A stretch of 63,969 nt of DNA, the filler included, from Catajapyx aquilonaris (taxonomy: Eukaryota): NCBI GenBank assembly GCA_000934665.2. It is 2 parts of 2 records of this genome, joined end to end, with 100 filler letters (N's around TTAATTAATTAA, not from the genome) between each part and the next. Parts side by side here need not be neighbours in the genome. Positions count along the whole stretch, not along the records: positions 1 to 31,978 come from JYFJ02004462.1; 1 more part is not named here. The stretch is one strand, 5' to 3'. Position 1 is the stretch's first letter, and every line of letters begins with the position of its first letter. The position numbers were made by a program, and so were the translations under genes. Below are positions 12,114 to 21,200 of this stretch, in pieces. Below the pieces are notes generated by a model, which was given only the letters and a program-made list of their open reading frames with translations, made no database searches and was not told the DNA's origin.

Positions 12114-13159
12114 CCAGAGTTGCCAACCTGACCCGTAGAAACTAACCGTACCACAAGAGTCAAAATTACCGGATTTCGCCATAAAATTACCGTACATATT
12201 AAAACATGGCATTTTGTGAATGAAATACATTAGGAGGGAAACATGTCTAGGAATTGTCAGAACCGCACAAAATGCATGTGCAACCCGCTGCAGAAGGTGA
12301 AGCGAACACAGCGGCGGGGAAGAGCCCGCCGCAGGCGAATTTATTTTGGGTTCAAGGTCGCACCAGCTTAGGTGAATGTAACTGACAGTGAACAGTGGAA
12401 TCCTCATATACTGTAAGCACGTCGGATATAATTTTTACTTTATCTGGAGTACACAAAAGCGATTTACCGTAGTATACCGTATGCCTATGACCCCCACAAT
12501 TAGCGTACAGAATAGGCAAGAGTGAGTCCCTGACTCTGTCCCTATTTGCAATGGCTCATCACCAACGTGCATATGTACCATGCATCATTTCATATGGATT
12601 TGAAAGAACTGCTGAAGCCTCAGGTCATACGTTTGGGGAAACGTGTGGTATCCTCAGTAAAGGTCAGCCTGGGGCGGTAACACCTTTATATGATCATCAC
12701 CGGCTTCAGCAGTTTTTGAATTTTGGCCATTCGCACATGGCCTTTCCATATTGGAGATGGCTTTGGTCGCACCTTGTACCATGCACTTCAACTACAATTT
12801 GCAATGATTCCAGTCGACCTGTCGCAAAATTATGCATTGTTCCGCAATTACTAGTGCGTACTGAACAATTTCAATGTTGAAAATAAATTGTGCGTAATTA
12901 GTACGGGATTGAATAATTATCATTAGAGCTGAATCGGGCGAACAAGGCGGTGTCGCCATCTGTAGGCAGCAGTCCGGACTTTCCTCTCTGTTCGCTGATG
13001 ACCAGCTGTCATTAGTTAACAATTTAATTTGATAATTAATGTGGCTGAATGTGCACTGTCATTAATAATTAAACGCCGATTAAACCATGTATTAAATAGT
13101 TAAATGTACGGACACTAATTCGGACACGACCGTCGCACGAATTCACCCGCAGCCCTCGC

Positions 13160-13260
13160 CAGGATTGGTCCATTAAAATCAAACGTAAGCCACGCCCACT
13201 TTTTCTCCAGCGGTGCCAACAGGCGGGAAGGCGCCAACCGCCGTTTTCCATTCATTCCTT
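13160..13260 (+). promoter_or_regulatory. Probable CDK1 core promoter
   Basis: Inverted CCAAT (gattgg, ~13163), tandem E2F-like sites GGCGGGAA (13222-13229) and GGCGCCAA (13230-13237), and Inr-like TCATTC (13252-13257). A strong acceptor at 14520 just before the ATG implies an upstream UTR exon. Confidence 0.5.
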
Positions 13261-13589
13261 TTTCTTTCCCAACCGTCGAAAGTACCCAACATTTTGTCTC
13301 CTCTTCGTCTCTCTCTGTGGAACATATTTTCCCCGTCGTCGTGCCCAGGCCATGGAGAACAAAGGAGGTCAGAAGGGTCAATGGGGTCAATGGTGTGTGG
13401 GGTGAAGCGGGGTCATTGGTGACCACTCCACGGGTTAGGATCAAGCCTAGTCCATTGTTCGTGTTGCGACTTGAAAGTACTTGGAAAAAACGAGTGTGCG
13501 AAGCGAGTGTTTCTCTAACCGCAGGCCTAGAAATAATTAGAGCGAAGCGAGGTTTTTTTTTCTTCTAGTTCAATAGTTAAACAATGGTG

Positions 13590-14480
13590 TGTGTGTCACA
13601 TAGGTCATGCACTGTATGTACAAAGGTCATGCGTACGTAGGTCATGTTCCATTTGTATGTACAAATATTGTGGACCGTGTGTACATAGGTCATGTTCCAT
13701 GTGTACGTATATCATGCACTGTATGTACAATGATTGAGGACCATGTGTACATAGGTCATGTACCATTGTTCAAATTTCAGGTCAGTACTTGCAATTAAAT
13801 AGTATGGCGTGTACGTAGCTCATGCACTCTTCGTACAAAAATAATCCATTATGTGTACGTAGGCCGTGTACCATGTGTACATAGGTCATGTTTCGTGCAT
13901 ACACAGGACATGCATTGTATGTACTCAGATCGTGTGTACATAGGTCGTGCATTGTATGTACTAAGATTGTGTGTACATAGGTCGTGCATTGTATGTACTA
14001 AGATCGTGTGTACAGAGGTCATGTATTGTATGTACCAAGATCGTGTGTACATAGGTCATGCATTGTATGTACTAAGATCGTGTGTAGATAGTTAAAGATA
14101 ATTATGTACTTATGTCATGTTCTGTACATACACAGGTTGTGCACTGTATGTACAGTACAAAGATCATGCATCATGTGTACATAGGTCATGTACCTTGTGT
14201 ATGTAGATAATGTTCATGCATTGTATGTACATATAGTGGGTCATGCACCTTATGTACAAAGATCATACATAGTTCATATTCCGCGTATACAGACGTCATC
14301 CACAATGTGCACATAGGACATGTATTCATCCGCTGTGTGTACATATGGCATGTATTGTAAATACATAGGCCATCCACAGTGTGTACATAAGCCATGTATT
14401 GTAAATACACAGGTCGTGCACTGTACATACAATGCCCTGTACCACCGTAGGTCATGTACTGTACGTACATAGGTCATGTT
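13590..14480. repeat. GTAC-rich minisatellite (37-nt unit) in the presumed CDK1 5'-UTR intron
   Basis: atcgtgtgtacataggtcatgcattgtatgtactaag-type units start at 13929, 13966, 14003, 14040 and 14077 (partial). Degenerate cataggtcatg units flank them. Confidence 0.9.
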
Positions 14481-14531
14481 CGGTGTAAGTCGCATTGTGT
14501 AATTAACCGACTTCTTTCAGCGGAGATCACG

Positions 14532-15531
14532 ATGGAGGACTTTGTGAAGATTGAGAAGATCGGCGAAGGCACGTACGGTGTCGTCTACAAAGGTCGTAAC
14601 CGGCGTACTGGCGAGATCGTGGCGATGAAGAAGATACGTGTTGAGAGCGAGGACGAGGGAGTCCCTGCGACGGCCATCCGGGAGATCTCTCTCCTGAAGG
14701 AGCTGCAGCATCCAAACATCGTCAGGCTCCAGGACGTGCTGATGCAGGAGGCTAAGATCTACCTCATATTCGAGTTCCTCACCATGGACTTGAAGAAGCA
14801 TCTGGATTCGCTCGGATCCGGAAATCTGCTGAAGCCACCTATCGTTCAGTCGTACATGTACCAGGTGAGTCCAACCGTTTTCCGTACTTCGCACGTTGCT
14901 AAGTACGTACTCTCCACAGATCCTGAACGGCATCCTGTTCTGCCACCAGCGGCGTATCCTTCACCGCGATCTGAAGCCGCAGAACTTGCTGATTGACAAC
15001 AATGGTTGCATTAAGATTGGGGATTTTGGGCTGGCCCGCGTGTTCGGTGTGCCTGTGCGTGCGTACACTCATGAGGTGGTTACGCTGTGGTACCGTGCCC
15101 CTGAGGTGCTGTTGGGGGCCCAGCGGTACTCATGCCCTGTTGACATATGGTCCATCGCCTGCATCTTTGCGGAGATGGCCTCCCGACGTCCGCTGTTCCA
15201 AGGCGACTCAGAGATCGACCAGCTCTTCCGTATATTCCGGTAAGCCCCGCTGCGATTACTATCGACCGGTGTACACATGGATTACTGTTGCAGGGTACTG
15301 AGCACCCCGACTGAAGAGGTATGGCCTGGCGTCACTCAGCTCCCGGACTACAAGGCCAGCTTCCCCAACTGGACCAGTAACAGCCTGGTCGACCACGCAA
15401 AGAACCTGAACAACGACGGAATCGACCTCCTCAAGAGCATGCTTGTGTACGACCCTGCTAAGCGCATCTCCGCACGTGCCGCCTTGCAACACGAGTACTT
15501 TCAAAACATGGTTGTCAAACCACCTGTTTAA
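14532..15531 (+). CDS. CDK1: Cyclin-dependent kinase 1 (cdc2), ~296 aa, 3 coding exons
   Basis: Exons 14532-14864, 14920-15239 and 15294-15531. Motifs [65 protein letters not shown] and [19 protein letters not shown] at 15784-15789. Confidence 0.96.
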
Positions 15532-15868
15532 AAGCATTTTTCTCCCCCTCCTTCCTAGGACTGTCTTTTTTTTTATGTATTTATCAGTTACGTGTGGGAG
15601 GGGTCAAAAAAGTTGCAGCACACACGCGAGACAATTAAAAACTTGGGTTACGCCTCGAAAGACGTAAACAGATTTTTTAATTGTCTCATGACTTCTCATA
15701 TCATAACCCGGATAAAATGACTTTCTGCATATTTTTTTCGTGGCAGAAGAAACCATGTAACATATTGTGTCCGGTAACTTGTTAATAAAACTGTGTCCCC
15801 CAGAGCTAATGTGACAGAGTCAATCTTTATTGAACGAAATTTATCTACAGAACATTACTCGCATATGC

Positions 15869-16326
15869 TTATTGACTGATAGGGTCCACAGCAGGTTCTG
15901 GAAAAATAAACCGGTAAAATTTTCATTGCTATGATCGCATTTCTGTGTACGCATGTCTCACCTGGGAAGTTGAAGGTCGGGAACTTGGTCATGTCCACTC
16001 CCTGTCCGCCCCCGTAGATCTTTGCGATCCGGTCCATCTCGGTTTTCATCTCCCTCTCGATGTCTGGGTTCGGGTCGACCAACTTGCCTCCAGATGACCT
16101 GCAAAATTTGTTACGTACAGCGACCGATAACAGTTCAAAACGACTCGGTTGTAATACAAAGAACACCTTACTCGCTCTTCTTGCGGTAATCCCGGATCTT
16201 ATCGACGAAAAGCTTCTGGATCGGATCGGATACCTTCTGCGCCAAGGGTGCGACCACTCCAAAGTTCCTCCTGAGGGTCAGGGCCAGAGAGCCCTTTCCG
16301 CGGAGAAGCACGCGCTGGATCAGCAT
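15869..16326 (-). CDS. ATP5PF: Mitochondrial ATP synthase coupling factor 6 (~106 aa)
   Basis: Exons 16326-16172, 16098-15962 and 15897-15869. Arg-rich presequence ...LRRNFGVVAP, then DPIQKLFVDKIRDY, GGKLVD and YGGG..DMTKFPTFNF.EP..DPI. 5'-UTR intron 16338-17765. AATAAA(-) at 15826-15831. Confidence 0.95.
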
Positions 16327-16477
16327 GATTCCGTCACCTGCAATGGGCCATCAATTCCACATTATGCTCCACATCGAATATTTAAGAACGGCATCTCGAA
16401 ATCGTGGTGGATGCGACTTGTAATTGCGACAATTACATCTTGTTACAATAATAATCGGACAAATACTGTGGATGTGC

Positions 16478-17656
16478 TTTGGAATTGGGTTGGGCAGGTT
16501 AAATCAATTGTAAGCAAACCTGTTTAAACACGGTCTAAAAGTTACATACAATTATTAATAAGCAGTCACCATACAATTATTATAAGCAAGTCCAAAAATT
16601 ACATTCAATTATTGTAAGCACAGTCCATACACATAATTATCGTTGCAGGTGCAGTTGAAAAATTACCATTATTTTAAGTGCAGCCCAAAAAGTTACAAAC
16701 AATAAATAGTTGTAAACACAGTCCAAAAATTACATGCAATTATTTAGCACAATAATCATACAATCATTGTAAGTAATGTCAAAAATTTACATTCAATTAT
16801 TTTAATTGTATTCATTTTAATAGTAGTCTAAATATTACATACAATTAGTGGAAGCCCAGTTGAAAATTAATCATTATTTTAAGTCCAGCACATTACAAAA
16901 ATTGTATTTAATAGATGATTTTAATCGCAGTTCAAAAATTACAATTATTGTTGTAAGTGCATCTCATACATACAATTCTTGTAAGTACAGTACATACAAC
17001 AACTGTATGAACTGCACTTACAACAATTGTACACGCTGTACATAAATTGTACGTACCAGTTATGTACTGTAGGCTGTACCAGTTATGTACTGTAGGCTTA
17101 CTTACAACAATTGTATGCACTGTACATACAATTGTACGTACCAGGTATGTACTGTATCTACAATCGCATGTGCTGGGTATGTACTGTACTTACAACAATA
17201 GGATGTACCGGGTACGTACTGTACTTACAACAATAGGATGTACCGGGTATGTACTATACTTACAACAATAGGATGTACCGGGTACGTACTGTACTTACAA
17301 CAATAGGATGTACCGGGTACGTACTGTACTTATAACAATAGGATGTACCGGGTACGTACTGTACTTACAACAATAGGATGTACCGGGTACGTACTGTACT
17401 TACAACTATTGTATATCCTGGGTATGTACTGTACTTACATGCAATATATTGTATGCACTGTACATACAATTGTACGCACCAGGTATGTACTGTACCTACA
17501 ACAATTGTATGTGCTGGGTATGTACTGTACTTTAATACAACAATTGTATGTATGAACGTAGGCGAAATATTCCATACAATATTATTATTATTGTATGGAA
17601 TTTGTGGACTGCGTTCCAACTAGTTGGATTTTTATCCCATCCAACCCAATGCCAAA
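16478..17656. repeat. Foldback-type inverted minisatellite array within the CF6 5'-UTR intron
   Basis: The left arm has degenerate catacaattattgtaagcacagtcc units and the right arm the reverse-complement motif, including six 35-nt units from 17192. Central stem 16979-16998/17004-17023. Outer inverted repeat 16478-16493/17641-17656. Confidence 0.8.
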
Positions 17657-17765
17657 CAATCACACATTTTGCTCACTCATTTCCACACCACATCTGGGCA
17701 ATGTTTGTACCTGCAAGACCTTGCATAATTAGGCGCAATTAGACAATTACACTGAATAATCTCAC

Positions 17766-18258
17766 CGTTTTTCTTTCGTTCCTCAGCAGACCAGAAATAG
17801 AACGAAAGGGAAGGTGAAAAAAGATGGCCGACACGCGCAATAATTACACAACCGTTGCCAACAGAACTGGGAGTTTATTAACTCAATATTAGAACATTAT
17901 GTCGTACAATTTTGGTGATTAAACCCTGTATATATTTGAAATATGAATTAATATTTGTAAAATAACATAATACAGTGGGTCATTCAAAAGGCGGCAATAT
18001 CAGACCAATCAAATTTCAGAACGGTCTAGTATTAGCCAATCAGCATGTACTGGCGCATGTAAACACTTATTTATACTGTGGATTTTGCGCATGCGTGCAA
18101 CTGACTCGTGTAAACATTCCAATCGAATTCTGCGCATGCGTCGAAAAAAAAAATCCAACGATTTTCCGATGGCGTCTCTTGAAAGCGGCAACTTATTTTG
18201 TTCTAATTAATTAATTAATTGTTTAAAAAAAAAAACTAATTACGAAGAACCAAGCAAG
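17766..18258. promoter_or_regulatory. Bidirectional promoter shared by CF6 (-) and SMC1 (+)
   Basis: The CF6 UTR-exon donor is at 17765 and the SMC1 ATG at 18259. Between them: three CCAAT boxes (~18005, 18036, 18119), two TGCGCATGCG NRF1/Ewg-like sites (18086, 18131) and YY1-like GATGGC (17823, 18167). Confidence 0.65.
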
Positions 18259-21200
18259 ATGCCGGGCTACCTAAAGTACATCGAGATGGAGAACTTCAAG
18301 TCCTACAAGGGCTTCCAGAAGATCGGTCCACTCAAGCCCTTCACCGCAGTCATCGGCCCTAATGGCTCAGGTACATATTATTATTCCAAAATAGTGTGTT
18401 CCATTGTTCGTCCAGGATCCTTAAGGCGCCTCACATTTTGATCAGTTTATATGTTTGTCCAGGTTGGAATGGGGGTTCACCCGATTTTTGTATGCTTGAT
18501 TGTTTGTCCAGTATATTGGCCACAAGCAAACAAACTTTGCATTTCATACACGTAATATACACGTATGTAGATGATTGGGCCTGACGGTGCAGGTTTGTTT
18601 GTTTGTTTGTCCAGATCCATGTTGCCATTACTGCTAATTACGTTACTGTTAAAAACAGGCTGTACAAAGTGTTCCGCTGACGAAGGGGTCAACGACCGTT
18701 CATTTAAGCGTATGTGCCAAGTGTACGTCGCATTTAATTAGTCGTTATCTGCTCAAATTACGGTATGATTATACAGCGACAACTTAATATAATTATTCGT
18801 ATAATGTGACAAGTGCGAAAAGTTTCGCTGCCGTTTATTATAGCGGATGTTCTAAATGTACATACCGTTTAATTAGTCGTTACTCGTTGGATTACGGTCT
18901 GATTACAGTACGAGGGGTTAACGACCTTTTATTGTAGCGGATGTTCCAAGTGTACATACCGTTTAATTAGTCGTTACTGGACAGTACGATTATGCCTTAA
19001 AAAATTTGTACCTTTATGTACTATCTGTCACAAAAAGTTTTGGCTGACAATGAACCGAAAGCTCGGGCAAAAGTGGACACGAACGTTATGTTATAGATTT
19101 GTGCATGTAATTGCCCAAAGTACCAAGTGTAATTTGTTTGCAGTCTGATCGCAACCTGAGGCGTTAACTGCACCGCACGAAGCGACACGAGGGGGAAAGA
19201 AAACATGTCGACATGTGCCATGTCGACTTGTCGCAACACACTGAGAAACACTAGGAACACAAGAAAGGTTTCCTTCTTTTCATTCCCGAGCGATCCGAAG
19301 GTCCAGAAGATATGGATCGCACGATGCAAAAAGAAGGGTCCGTTGAACGTCCGATCCGCCCGTGTGTGCTCTGATCACTTTGAGGAATCGGATTTCGAGA
19401 GGAGCATGATGCACGAACTTATGAACGAAGCGCCAAGAAGACGGACGCTTAAGATGGAAGCGGTACCCAAGAAAGATGTCAACTCTGCACCGAGTGTTAG
19501 AGACCAGCGTGTTTATAAACGGAATGTTCTCAAGCGTGCCTTTGAAAGGTTAGCGAAATTGTCGCCAAAACACAGTCAAGAAGATGACGAAACGCAACAT
19601 GTTGATGCATTTGCTGTGGACGACGATAATGCATTTGCTGTGGACGACGATAATGCCTATGATAGTTATACGGCTTGTGCTGCGGATAACGACATGATTA
19701 GCGATAATACGACTAACGATGCGGATTCAAAAAGAATTGAAGATCTCACCAACGAACTGCAAGCTACGAAGAAGTTGCTGCACGAATCGCAATCGCAGGT
19801 TCAGGTCCTCCGAAAGCAACGTGACAATTGGAAGGAAAAGTACTACAAACTATTGCGAGAACGTGCAAGGAAGTGACTACAAAATTTTTTCCAGAAGAGC
19901 TCAGTCGATCCGGCTGGAAAAGAACCTGGACAACATAACATTTCCGGATTATTTTCCAGCCGGGAAGTGCACAATCGGACCTAATTGTTTGTGACAGCTA
20001 CTTTAAATTTGTTTAAAAATGTGTGTGGTCCGCATGCTTAGCACGGGCGACACTTCGATCTTGACATGACGACAAGAGTAATGCGATCCTCGGACAAGAA
20101 CATTTAACATCGGTTGGAGCAACAAAGATGCATAGAGACTTGGTCTTTGGGCAAACCACAATAGCTATAGGTATAAGCCTGTACGCAAAATATTTATATT
20201 GAGATTCTAATAATAATTTGTGAACTTAACAGGGAAGTCGAACTTCATGGACGCCATCAGTTTCGTAATGGGAGAGAAGACGAACAGTTTGAGAGTGAAA
20301 CGTCTGAGCGATTTGATCCACGGGGCGTCGATCAATCAGCCTGTGTCTCGCAGGTATTGCTTTCGGTTCTATTGGTTGTACGTCAGTTTTAAATACGATT
20401 GTTACAGCGCATCGGTGACGGCCGTTTTTGAACTGGAGAACGGAATTGAGAAGAGATTCAGCCGAGGAGTTCAAGGGTCGTCCTCGGAGCATCGGATTGA
20501 CGGAGAGGTTTGTTTTGACTTAACTTTATGTCGTACACGTTTCCGCATTTTTTTTTGAACGTTCCAGTTTGTGAGCATCCACACGTATCTGAACGAGCTG
20601 GAAAAGATGGGGATCAATGCGAAGGCCAAGAACTTCCTGGTGTTTCAAGGCGCAGTCGAATCCATTGCCATGAAGAATCCAAAGGAGCGTACGGCATTGT
20701 TTGAAGAAATAAGCGGGTCCATCACACTGAAGGAAGAGTACGACCGACTGAAGACGGAGATGTACCGTGCGGAAGAAGAGACGCAGTTGACATACCAGAA
20801 GAAAAAGGGGATTGCTGCTGAACGTAAGGAGGCGAAACATGAGAAGGAAGAAGCTGAGAAGTACCAGCGGCTGAAGGACGAGCTTGCCGAAAAGCAGGTT
20901 AGTCGCATCTTGTTCATCCGAGAGAATATGTCGTTAACAATGGCGTCGATTTCAGGTGGAGTTGCAGCTATTCCGACTCTACCACAACGAGAGGGACATT
21001 GAGAATCTGGAGGGCGATCTTCGTAAACGAAAGCATGAAGCCGAGAAAGTGGGTAAACGGAAGGAGAAAGCCGAGGAAGTCCTGAAGGAGAAGAAGAAGG
21101 AGCATGGAAAGCTGGGGCGAGATATGGCCAAAGTTGATAACGATATACGAGTTGTCGAGGCGGAAATAAACCGGAAGCGACCTACGTTCATCAAGGCGAA

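Noticed and set aside
13929..17401. 35-37-nt periodic repeats resembling CRISPR repeat length
   Set aside because: Units are contiguous with no unique spacers, there are no cas genes, and the context is a eukaryotic intron.
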